From assembly GCF_009914755.1 (NCBI RefSeq), contig NC_060934.1: a stretch of 64,000 nt of DNA. One strand, written 5' to 3'. The notes under the pieces were generated by a model. The model did not search any database, was not told the origin of the DNA, and saw only the letters and a program-made list of their open reading frames with translations. The translations under genes and the position numbers were made by a program. Source of the stretch: the human T2T-CHM13v2.0 reference genome, Homo sapiens. Shown piece by piece: positions 1-12,427 of this stretch (position 1 is the stretch's first letter; each line of letters begins with the position of its first letter).

Positions 1-464
1 TGAGGCAGATGCTCTTGTGTGGATGTGGGTTAATCTGTAAGATACATTATCTAATGAGCAAAGCAAAATGCAGGACAGTGTGCTTCCCCAGTAAATGCTT
101 TTAGACTCAGAAATCTCTCAAAGGACAGAGAAGATGCGGGAGACTGTTGTCTCAGGAGAGGGCAATGTAACACTAGGAATTGGGAGTGGAAGACAGGCTT
201 TCTTTTCACCATCCATTTTGTACTCTTCGATTTTTTTAAACCTCTTTTATTTTGGAATGCCCTATACGTTTTTTAAAGAGCTACTCTTTTTAAGTAAGGG
301 AGGGACTGCACCATGTTTTCAACCCCCCATGCTGATGCCACCCAAGAGAAATGGCCCCACCATTGCTGCCAGTGGGAATGCGTCCTAGCCTTCCTGTGTG
401 TTGGGACAGAAAAAAACACATTGGGAATCCCTGGAATAACAAAAGTTATAAGAATATTCTTGCT

Positions 465-544
465 TGGGAGGCCGAGGCGGGTGGATCACGAGGTCAGGAG
501 ATTGAGACCATCCTGGCTAACACGGTGAAATCCCGTCTCTACTA

Positions 545-580
<36 letters not shown>

Positions 581-585
581 CACAA
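465..585 (+). mobile_element. AluY-type left-arm fragment with (CA)n tail and 15-bp TSD
   Basis: TGGGAGGCCGAGGCGGGTGGATCACGAGGTCAGGAG...CTCTACTAAA followed by (CA)n. AAGAATATTCTTGCT at both 450-464 and 586-600. Confidence 0.9.
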
Positions 586-1317
586 AAGAATATTCTTGCT
601 GTATTTTCTCAAATGTCTTACATATAAAAAGGAATTGAGCTCATGACTACCAACCCCTCTCATCAATTTCTCAGAAGTCTGCAATTTGTTCCACACCCTC
701 TGTCCTGGAGTGCCCCCTGCTCCAGCCAGTGGAAGCAGGCTGTGTGGGGTGGGGCCAGGCTGTGTAGTACAGAGGGAAGAGCAAAAAGTCTGGGGCTAGA
801 GGGCCCCCAAAGCACCTTCCTGGACATGGGATCCAGCACAGGTGAGGCCACCTGAGAGCCATCAATTTTCTTATTCACCAAGAGGGGAAGAAACCCAGCT
901 TTCCATGTTCTTATGCACAAATAAACAAAATGTAGGTCCAAAGTACCTGCAGTCCCCAGTGTTGGATACATAGAAAGTACCAAAAAGAAAGAAACTGTTA
1001 TCAGCCTTTGTCATTTGGAGACGTTTGACTACCTATTATAAAGTTGGCTTTGCTAAATTGTACAGAAAATATGTTTCCAAACTTTTATTTCAGAACATTG
1101 GTTCTGTTTAAGTACAAAATATTACAGACAGGAAAAGTCTGACAATAGTCATACATCACTTTCTTTTATTAAAGCTCTCTGACAGAATCAAAAACCAAAT
1201 TAGTTATCAGTGATGCAGTCTCAATCTGCCAGGTGATATGGATCCATCCTGGAGTATGATTTTTTAAATTAATGTATTTATTTATAGATTTACAGAGATC
1301 AGCTGGCCAATATTTTA

Positions 1318-1345
1318 ATCTATCTATCATCTATCTATCTATCTC
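1318..1345. repeat. (TCTA)n microsatellite
   Basis: atctatctatcatctatctatctatct. Confidence 0.7.
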
Positions 1346-2271
1346 TGGTTTATTGTAAATTTTTATGTGAATGAGCTTGTGTAAGTCAGATGTTCAGGCT
1401 GTGACTTGGAAGAGTTAAAGCAACTCAGAGAAAATAGAAGGTGCTTAGTGTACTGGAGAAAAGAAATATGCAGCCAAAGAAGGACTTTTCTGACTACTGA
1501 TTGATCAGGTCTCATTTCATGCATTCTGAAACGTACAATCGTCAGCTGTGCAGTCACCCTCAGGTGGGCCCTCGCAGGACAAGGCGGCATGTGTGCTCTT
1601 CTCCTCCCATGCACTCCACGTGCGAGTGGGACCGAGTGGGCTGAGAGTTCTCAGTTCATGCCCAACATGCTAAACTGCATCACCCCACTGAGGACCCACA
1701 GTCACTGCAGGATCTGGCCATCTCGAGAGCAGCCTGCCAATGAAGCCACTTATCCCGGGCATTTCCATTCACTGGACGGGCGCTTAAAGCCCCCGTCCTG
1801 AGTCTGACACATGGAGAGGGCTAGGCCATCATGAATGTCCTTTAAATAGAAACATTCCCCATATCCCCTTTTCCCAAATTGGTTGACATGCCGTAGCGCA
1901 ATAATCTCACAAACTTGATTATCCCAGAATTAAGCTATGCAGCAGGAAGTGAAAAAAACCAACCAAAATATTCTGCCCAACAGTTGTAAATTCCTTCTGT
2001 TATTGCAAAATCCATTATATTTACAATGTAAAGATATTAAACAGAGCACCCACAAAGTTACCTCCTAGATTAAGAATTGGAATATTTCCTGGGCTTCAGA
2101 CATCTGAGCTACTCTTGGATGGCACCCACCCACATTCTACGAGACAGGACCACTCACCTCAACTGTGGGTTACTCCACATTCTTTTTGTCTCTTAATTTT
2201 CCCACCTATGTAGGTACCCTTAACCAATATGTTTTTATATCAAAATTCTGACTAGCAAGCACAAAGCTAGC

Positions 2272-2558
2272 TTTTTTTTTTTTTTTGACAGAGTCTCGTT
2301 CTGTCACCATGTTGGAGTGGCACTATCTTGGCTCACTGCAACCTCCGCCTTCCGGGTTCAAGCAATTCTCTTGCCTCAGCCTCCTGAGTAGCTGGGATTA
2401 CAGATGCCCACCACCACGCCCAGCTAATTTTTGTATTTTTAGTGGAGACGAGGTTTTACCATGTTGGCCAGGATGGTCTTGATCTCTTGACCCCGTGATC
2501 TGCCTGCCTTGGCCTCCTAAAGTGCTAGGATTACAGGCGTGAGCCGCCGCGCCTGGCC
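2272..2558 (-). mobile_element. Alu (AluS, probably Sc)
   Basis: Poly-T followed by reverse-complement Alu dimer; flanking AAAGCTAGCT TSD. Confidence 0.92.
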
Positions 2559-4103
2559 AAAAGCTAGCTATTTTAAGGTAAGGACATCATTGTATCTGTT
2601 AGATAAAAGCTTCCAGAGGAGGCTTCAGCAGGTTGGCTGGGCCATAGCTTTCATGTGAGTTTATGGGACCTGATTCTGGGGAAGAAAGTAGCAAGGGATG
2701 AATGAGTCCTGGACACCAGGGACTGATCACGGTTGGCATCAGGCAGGGCTGGCATGTGTCCGGGCATGCTGGCAGGCAGGAGTAGCATCAGGGGAGTGGG
2801 CTGGTCTGGATTTTCTGTTCCTGACCTCACCACGTTCAACTGCAGGCCTTAGGGATAAGTTGAAGCAGGACATTCTGCAGTGAAATGTGAGCCCTGTGGA
2901 AACCCATGCAGGGCAGGGACTGGGGGTGGCGGAATTTCAAGGACCTCAATGACACATCATCAAGAACAGCCGAGAAGAGGCATGCATCTGGGCTAGGTGG
3001 GGACACCACCAGCCCATGCAGGTCCTTAGGACAATATGAGAAAAAGATGGGTCTCTTTCAAGACATTTTACCTCCATTGGCCAGAAAATGTCACCACAAG
3101 CCAATCTGATAGAAAAAAGATACTTTATTATCTTTCCAAATGTACAAATCTTCGATGTTCTTATATGAGCCCCTGTTGAGCCAGTGGCCCCCTACATGCA
3201 CACAGTCTCATAACTGTGGCAATTTTGGCACAGTAGAAAATCAGAAAGCATGAGTGGTTGCTAAGGAGAGAAACCAGTACAACAGCAAGACTGTCAGTCA
3301 CATCTCAAAGGAAGAGTAAGAAAACTATGAAAAGCAGACACACGAGCCGGGAGGGTACAGCTGCCCAGGGAATTTTAATAGCCAAGGTAGGTAAATGACA
3401 TACAGAACTCACATTAGAATCATTTATATCCAGATTAGTTTAAATTGTGTTAAAGGCATTCTGGTATTGAAGATGAAACTTAGCTCTTTAGAACATTCAT
3501 TCACTCAGGAAGGGAAAGATTGTCTCTGAGGTTTTGGGTCACAGCTCTGTGTAGCCTCCTGCCCTCTTAAAACAGACTTCAACCAACCACTCAACCAAAA
3601 AGACCTCTCTGAACAAAGCAGGCCTCCCTGAGTGTAAACCACACATTTCCTCCACATGCTGATGTTCTGGGCGGTGACGTTTTCTCCCTGCAGAATCTGG
3701 GCCATCTTACAACCAACTGTGTCTTAAGAGTTCCAGTAACCCAAGCTTGTGTCATTGTCTCTGGGCCATCAACATAAACATCAATTTCTCAACTCAGCTG
3801 CAGGGTGGCCCTCAGCATCTCCTAAAAGCCCTAATGCTCTTTGCCATGAACCTAAACAGCCCCAGACTGCCTTCTGCCCTCAACACCTTTGCAAAGCTCT
3901 CGGGTCTGCATTTTATATGTAGTGTCTCACCTCTTCCTCTCACCTGGGTTCTCTTCCAGCAAGCTCTATAACTACAGCATCTAACTGGAAACCAGTTAAG
4001 AGAGATTGGCAGGCTTGGGTGTCTGTTGAACACCCACTCTGCATGGGCGCCTGCAGGTGAGTTGAGGACTCTCCTTTGCTGTCTCCTTTTGGCAAGCGAG
4101 AGG

Positions 4104-4433
4104 CTGCTGCAGAGGGGAAGGAAGGTGTTCTTCTGCATGCAATAAATACGTTGCATGCTGCGGAGGCAGGGAAGGCATTCTTCTGCATGTTGTGTCCTGC
4201 AGTGGAGGGAAAGGCATTCTTCTGCAGGATGCATGCTGCAGAGAAGGAGGGAAGGTGTTCTTCTGCATGTTGCATACTGCAGGGGGGAAGGCACTCTTCT
4301 GCATGTTGTGTCCTGCAGTGGAGGAAAAGGCATTCTTCTGTAGGTTGCATGCTGCAGAGGGAGAGAAGGCATTTTTCTGCATGTTGCATGCTGCAGAGGA
4401 GGAGGGAAGGCATTCTTCTGCATGATGCATGCT
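4104..4433. repeat. Minisatellite, about 8 units of 36-42 bp (GCATGCTGCAG..GGAAGGCATTCTTCTGCATGTT)
   Basis: TTCTGYA recurs at about 4131, 4181, 4220, 4261, 4297, 4336, 4375, 4416. Confidence 0.9.
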
Positions 4434-4639
4434 AATCCATGGACATGGAGGCCATGAAAGAGGAAGGAAGAGGCAGTAACAATGGGTACTCCAATCGCAC
4501 AGCTTTTCAAGCAAGTGTTGTTTGCTTTATTCTTTTCCTTTCAAAGGAGAGAGAAAACCCAAAACCACCTCCAATTACAATATGTGGAAGATGAAATAAA
4601 AGAAAGTCAAGTTAATTTGTGGCCTTTTAAAAAACAAGA

Positions 4640-4957
4640 GGTTGAGCATGGTGTCTCACACATGTAATCCCAGCATGTTGGGAGGCTGAGGCTGGAGGAT
4701 TGCTTGAGTGCAGGAGTTCAAGCCCAGCCTGGGCAATATAGTAAGACCCTAACTCTACTAAAAACTAAAAAACAAACAAACAAACAAACAAACAAACTAG
4801 CCAAGCATGGTGGTATGTGCCTGTGGTCCAAGCTACTCTAGAGGCTGAGATGGGAGGATCACTTGAGCCCAGTAGTTCGAGGCTGCAGTGAGCCATGATG
4901 GCACCACTTCACTCCAGCCTGGGTGACAGAACGAGACTCTGTCTCAAAAAAAAAAAA
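4640..4957 (+). mobile_element. AluJ with (AAAC)n linker and A/G-rich tail extending to about 5025
   Basis: GGAGGATCACTTGAGCCC...GAGGCTGCAGTGAGCCATGATGG, diagnostic of AluJ. Confidence 0.88.
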
Positions 4958-7900
4958 GATACAGAAAGGAAGAAGAAAAAGAAAAGAAAGAGAGAGAAGA
5001 AAAGAAAAGAAAACAGAACAGAACAAGCCTATTAGATGGACAAGACTGGTAGATATTTTCTCTGCTTTTTTTTTCTGGTTAAGGCTTCAACTTTTGTCTG
5101 CAGGTTAAAACTCTATTTCCTCACGTGGGATTGGGTCTCCATTTGGTATCTCTGTATTTCACCGCATCCAGACTTCTGTTTAAAATCAACTGATAATTGT
5201 TTCAGCACATTTCTGTTCAATTTCTATGTAGTGGCATTGCAGCCCAGGAAGGGAGTCAAAAAAGGTAGGAGGAGGCGGATAGCAAATGGGATAAACAGCT
5301 CCCGGCAGAGAGGATGGAAGCAGTGAGCTGCGTTACCCACAAAGATGATCCACAGCAAAAGCAGAGCTGGAGCTGGCGCCACTGGGAAAAGGAAGGAGAG
5401 AGAAGGAATGGGAATGCCAAGGACAGCCAACCTGAAAATCAACCCGCAGGGATGAAGAGGCAACAGCGGGGCTGGAGGAAGCAGACATGGAGGGGGCCTT
5501 TCCTCGCCAGAAAACCAGACTTCCTACAAATGCCTTTCTAGACAGTAAGCAGATTTCTTCTGCTATAAACGTCAACCATTAGAACCTTTTCTCCCTAAAG
5601 CTGCAGACCTCAGGGGCAGAGGGGCTGATGACCAAGAAATCAGACTGACTTGTAAACTGTGGTAGTGATATGTGAGAAAAGCCTTCCTTCTTCTGGGAGC
5701 TTGGGCAGATGGTCAGGAAGGGAGAAACATAGTTAAGATGTCAATAGGGTGTTAGGATACTATTATGCAAATTCAGTGATCAGAAGCACCCTGTGTATTC
5801 AGAGAAAAAGGAAAAAATCCCAGTATATTCAATGTTATTGTTCTAGTGTCAAGTTTCAAGGTACCATGTGGGCAATTGTGCAGGCAACTCTCATTTGACG
5901 TAAAGACTCACATGTAGTTGCTGCAAAGTAGGAATATATATATCTACCCACACAAAGAATATATAGAAAGGACTGGATAACTAGCCAGTTCTAGTTATTC
6001 ATTATTATTCTGTTATTAGCTAGTTATGATTATTCCAATAATGTCATAAACCTAGAGATTTTCAGGTTGATGAACAGAAGTCTTAAAAGGTAACAAAACT
6101 ATTTGGAAGGCAGAAATAAAACACACACACACACACACATGTGCACACACTCATGCCCATTTCCTAATAACAAGATTACTTCGACTACATTGCGAACATG
6201 ATCAACAGAAACAAGTTTCAATTAATTATTAGATCACATCTTTCTACCTTCCTTTCAGGAAGTAGAGTCCCAGAATATCAGTTACCCTACAGTCCTTTAT
6301 CCCCAAAGCATGGCTCAGATTCTGGAAGCACACAGAAACATAACTTTAAGCTTTTCTTAAAACTTACTGCTAAAGTTTCCCAAAGTGACCCTTTGAAGTA
6401 ATAATTATTTTCATTAAGACATTTCCATTTAAAAAATCTTTTTCTAAAGTATAAAAGCAATAAATGATCACTGTAAAGAAAACCTGACCTATAGAAAAGT
6501 ATTAAAAATTAAAATACTGACAATCTGACACTCCCCAAAATGCTCACGGTATTTGTCTCTGGGAGCTACGACATATTTCTAGTACATTAATATATGAGCT
6601 TTTTCCTTCATTTCTTTCATTTCCACTTTGGATACAGCTTGTAACTCAAGTGGGTCACCCTCTCTCATACTCATACCCACTGACACATAACAGCACAGGT
6701 TCATCGAGACATGCCTGTTTGGGAGTGGACTTGGGTGGTGGGCTCCTTGCTGTTGATGGTTCTCCTTTCCTGGCGCCTAGCAGTTTCAGCAGGCTTTCAT
6801 GTCTCCTCCCATTCTTGCTTTCCTGGGTACTCTGACAATTACCAAGCAGGCAATGCTGCATGTTAAAAATTGGAAGAAAAAAAAATCAAGGTAATCTTCC
6901 AGGCGTTGAAGGGAACAGCATAGAGGAATGTTGACCAAGGTCCCCACAGAGTGAAATGTCTGCTCAGGACCAGATGGTCACCCCAGAATTACTGGACATG
7001 TACGTGCACGCAAGCATGCATGTGTGTGTGTGTGTCTGCGTGTGTGCATGTGCATGAGTGAAGAAGGGAGGTGGCTTCCATGTCAGACTTTTAACCTACT
7101 ACCCTCATCTGAGGGTACTGAGCCTTTAGCATTCCAGGGAAGGAGGAAACAAAGTTTTTTTGTGGGTTTCTCCTGCTCCCTCAAATAAATTTTTTGACTT
7201 CTCTTCAATTTAACTATTTATTGAGTAACTACTATGTGCCAGGAAATGTTATAGGGCACTTGGGATGCAACAGTGAAAAAACAAAATTCCTGCCCTCATG
7301 CCTCCTACATCCAATGGCCATCATCTCCACACCAGCCCCACATTCCTACAACCACAGCTGCTTCAGCTCTGAGTTTGTAGATTAAAGGCTCCTACTCTCT
7401 GACTACATCCACTAACTCTTCCAGCTCACAGAATGCTACTCTGTTCATGCCTTTTACTCAGAATCACTGAGCCCTCAAGTCCCCACCACCTCTGTTGTCA
7501 GGCACAGCTGGTTGCCTAACCAATATCCATTTTTGGTTTTTTGTTTTAACTTAGAAAACCCCCATTTTGTTCAAGATGGCAATGGTCCTAGCTAAAAACA
7601 TTTTGGCATCGTAGGCCACTGCTCTGGCCAGTGAGATATAAGTAGAAAAAGTCCTTTGTGAGAACTGAACAGGTCTTGAGAGGAGATGGTCCACACAGTA
7701 TTTAGTGTGGATGTGGATGTGAAGGCTGGAGTCCTGGCAACTACTTTATGAACATAATAATGAGAGCCACACCTAAAGGAAATAGAAAGGAAGGAGTCAG
7801 GTTCCAAAGCCATACCCTCCCCCAGGCTGCCCACCTCTGGATTTTTATTTTTTTTTTACAATAGATACGCTCTTACATTTTTAAGCCACTGCTTTTTGAG

Positions 7901-7989
7901 TATCTAGTTACTCAGAGTTAAACACAAGTCCTAATTGATCTATCAAGGTATAAGAGTAGACAGATGCGTGGTAGCATAGAGCACAATCA

Positions 7990-8370
7990 CATGGCATGTT
8001 TGTTAAAACTTAGATTGCTGGGCCCACTCTGGGGTTTCCAATTTAGTATATCAGAAGTGAGCCCCAGAAATGTTCATTTCTGAGTTCCCAAGTGATGCTG
8101 ATGCTACTGCTCCAGGAACCATACTTTGAGACCCACACGGTTAGGTTTCATTGCAGTGAAGAAACAAAGAACAAAAGCAAGCAGATTTTGGTGGCACAGT
8201 GACTTGCTACTAAAAATGTGGTACACCAACCAGTAGCATTGATCATGCCCAGGAACTTGCTAGACACACAGAATCTGAGACCTCACCTCAGAGCCACTGA
8301 ATCCGAATCTGCATTGTAACCAGTTCCCAAGTGGTTCACATGCATGTCCACATCTGAGGAGCAGGACCTG
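7990..8370. mobile_element. MER5-type hAT-Charlie fragments (two adjacent)
   Basis: Motifs TTGTTAAAA..AGATTGCTGGGCCCAC..CCCAAGTGATGCTGATGCT and ACTGAATCCGAATCTGCATTGTAAC..CCCAAGTGGTTC. Confidence 0.6.
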
Positions 8371-8719
8371 TTACATGGCCTGTGCAAGCCCGGGGGTCTC
8401 TGCCCATCATGGTCATTCAGGAAGGTCAAGGAGGCTCCATCTGCCTCCATGACCACGGGTGCTGAAAGGAGTGGATGGAATGGATCATCGCGCTGGCCCA
8501 TCAAGTCTCCACTCTAGACGAGTCACCTCACTCAGGATTACATCAACCATTAATGTCAGGGTGGCAGGTGTGCAATCCCATCAGGTTCCCAGAAAGAGAA
8601 CAAGAATAAGAACAAACAATTTAAGGACTCCTACAGTCAGCCTGGCTTTCTTCTTTCCTGTCCTTCAACTACTCTCAGAAAAAGGACTACAGAAATTTAA
8701 AATAGTGTAAGTACAAATG

Positions 8720-8990
8720 TATCTGCTAGAACAAAAACACAAACCTTCTTAAATACCAAAACAAATAAACAGATGTAAATGCATATATAGCAAAGAATAC
8801 ATATCTTGGAAAGAAATATCGCAAGTATGAAAAATAAAAATAATTATTAAATTATGATAATGTTGACACCAAACATCGGTCATATCAATAAATGTGAATG
8901 GACTTAACTTATCTTTTAAAAGAAAAAGATTTTCAATGTGGCTTGTAAAACAAGGGAACTTTGGCAACGCCTGACAAAGCCACATCTGAA
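8720..8990 (+). mobile_element. Old L1 (L1M) fragment near ORF2 start
   Basis: ATATCAATAAATGTGAATGGACTTAACT...AAAAGAAAAAGATT resembles the L1 endonuclease start (NVNGLN). Confidence 0.55.
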
Positions 8991-11000
8991 CGTAACTTGC
9001 AATTCAGCCATTCCCCTGTGAGGATTCCACTCTGATGGGGCTTACAAGATGGCCTGCAGGCCTCCCCCAACATCATCGGCTCATTTGCTTTGTCCTCTGT
9101 CAGCAAGTAAGCCAAGGGCAAGCCGCAGAGATCTAAGGACGAGGGGTGAGGCCAGTGGGGAATAATGGCCCTTCCATAGAAGGAATGGACATCATTTTGA
9201 TTTGCATTTGGGCAGACCAGGTGGGATCCTTCAGATAATCAATTCTGACTCCAGCACTGAGCAGTGAATGTCACCTGTGCTGAGCAGTCCAAATCACCAA
9301 ACAAATATATCCAACATGTGGGAGCTGGCTGAGAGAGCCCTGGAGAGTCTTTGAGCTAATGAGCCTGGTCAAAGGGACGTGGAGAGAACTATTTTGAAAG
9401 CCAAAAGGCAGCAAGCCACAAAACATCTTGAATGAGACTAAAACTTGCAGGCAGTCTAGGGAGGGCCCCAGCTAGATCAGTGAGTGAGGGCTCATGGATA
9501 CCAAATTAAGGCCTTAATCATCCCTCAACTATTTTCATGCTTAGGCTTAAGCCCCAGGATGGTCCACACACAAGCAGATCTTGATGTTCCTAATCTTGAC
9601 TTTCCTACATTTTAGAATATCCCCCTACAACAACTTCCATGCATCGATTTTGAATATTGGCACATCGACTCACCACAGCCTCCTGCTCAGGACGCCGCCT
9701 TCATCATTAGCATGGCCGTCATTCTTGTTTGGACAGCTGTTTCCTGGCAATAATTTGAACATATACTACATTTTCCCCTCTTTATAAAAATGAGTAGCAA
9801 ATGGGCATATGAGTATGCTTGGCAAAACTTAATAACTATAATTAAGTTGAAGATGGAGATCATTAGGTGCTGGAAGAAGCAAATCTTTAACCTTAATTCA
9901 TGGTCATGGGACTTAAGCCAGAAATGGGTTGATTTCATGCTGAGTTGTGAAGGAAATGAACAAAATTGAAGAGTCAATTTGAAATGTGAAATATATATGA
10001 CCAAACAGTAGGCCTAAGGAGGAGTTACAAAATCAGAGGTTTTATATTACTGTTGAGAGCTCTGATCACAGAATCCCCTTTCTAATATGTTTTTTTGATA
10101 CGTATTCAACGTCCAAACGTATTTTCAGGACTAAGGGATCCATGGTTTTGGTGCTTTGTGGGCTGGGGCCAGGAAGCAGACAGGCTTACCTCGCACAAAA
10201 TACCTCCACTTCCTGCCTCTCCCGGTCAGGTCAGTCCTGTTCCTCCCTCCAGCCCCGTCAGACCCTCATTTCCATTACAAGATCTAGAAACCCCATTTTA
10301 GGAAGATATAAATATCTTAGAGGATTCCATGTCAGGAAAGGAAGTGAATTCCAAGGCTGCAGGATTCCCGTGGAAAAGGCCCCGAGTTCCACTTCTCAGC
10401 GCTCCTGGGGCCGCTGGAAGCGCTTCCTAGCCTGGCTGACATCATCTCTCTGGTTTTCTCAGACACTTTTTGCAAACCTCAATCACATCAACCCAAATTC
10501 TCAGCTGGAAACACGTGGCCCTGTGTGCATCTCCTTCTAAGAATACTGCGCCCTTTGAAGAACTATTTTTGACAATCAGAATTGGAGACAGTCCCTAGGG
10601 CCTCTGAAGAGAAGCACATGCCACATGAAAATAGTCACTAAGAATAAATCAAGCCACCAAAGGAGCCCGCGTCAGTGCAGGCCAGGCCGCAGGCAGGATG
10701 CAAGGAAGGCGACACTGACCCCAGCTGGTTTTCTCTGCCTCCGTCTCCTGTGACTGCGAGGCTTAGACATTTAATATCCTTCTGTTGCCGAGTCCCTCCC
10801 CAAATGACGACCATTTCTCAATGCAATAAACAGGTGCTGCGGCACCAGACAAATGCTCCGCTTTCTAATCACTCCCATTTAACGCGGACTTCCTGAGTTA
10901 TTTCTCTTCGCTGAGAGTAACTCATAAGAAACAAAACATATCTGGTTTATGGCTTTGCCCCGTGAGACCACTTAGGTATAGAAAATAGAAATATGCTTAA

Positions 11001-11387
<387 letters not shown>

Positions 11388-12204
11388 TAAGCTCACACCA
11401 CTGGCTATGAATTATGTGGAATGACTGTGGGATGTGCACAATTTTTCCCCAGACCTCCCCATTTTTGGGTCAGAATATTCAATATTTTTAAAGAACATGA
11501 AAAAAAAAAAGATAGTTGATTTCTTTTCATTGGGCTTTTAAACCTCAGAACACCCCAGTCAAATTTTCCCAAAGCTTCTCTTAGGAAGATAGGCCTGCCA
11601 CGTTTCACACCCTCTGGGTCTACGTGGTACCTGCCACACTCCTTTGTGTTTTGCCTTGACACTTTTCAAAGAAATCTTTTTTAGAGCAAGTACAGATCCC
11701 CTTAAAAAGTGAGTTTTCAGGAAGCTGGTCTTTAGGTTGCATTTGCTTGTTTCTTTAAGAAAAAAACAAAAGAATGGTCATTGTTAACATCTTACATGTT
11801 AGCATTAGGGAAGCAGGGCCAGGGGTACAAGTAGCTCTTTGTACAGTTTTTGCTCCATTTCCCTAAGCCTAAACATGCAATGTTTCTAAAAGTGGTCATT
11901 TGTGGTAGATTTAAAAAGTTCCTCATGGAACAGGAGTTTTTTATATAGTTGAGTCACTTTTCAGCAGCTCTGCCATACATACAATCTCTGCATCTGTTGA
12001 TTCACCAGAAATGGCATAAACATATCTGTAAAATCCTGTGCTGTAGTTCTTAAAGCACCCAGGTACATCTGATCATGGTGTAGTTCCCATCAATCTGTTG
12101 GAGAGATAGGTCATCAGCTGCTCAGAATCCCACCAAGCCCAGCTCTGCTGACTCACGCCCCTGGCAGAGTCCCCCAGCGAGAGCATGAATAAAATCTCTC
12201 AGGG

Positions 12205-12427
12205 TGGTTGGTTTGTGACATGGCATCGTTTGAGAAAGACGAAAGGCATTGGAACTAACTTGGAATACAGGCCCTTGGAATAACCTGGGATCCTTGGAAT
12301 AAATAACTGGGACCTATGGTTGGTTTGTGACATGGCATCATTTGAGAAAGACAGAAGGCATTGGAAGTAACTTGGAATACAGGCCCTTGGAATAACTTGG
12401 AATCCTTGAATAAATAACTGGGACCTA
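12205..12427. repeat. Tandem duplication, 2 x about 112 bp
   Basis: TGGTTGGTTTGTGACATGGCATC...AATAACTGGGACCTA at 12205-12316 and 12317-12427, with a few mismatches. Confidence 0.95.

Noticed and set aside
3812-4514. Overlapping ORFs of 119-232 aa on both strands
   Set aside because: They coincide with the minisatellite, and the translations are repetitive. Stop-free repeat units explain them, and I found no exon support.
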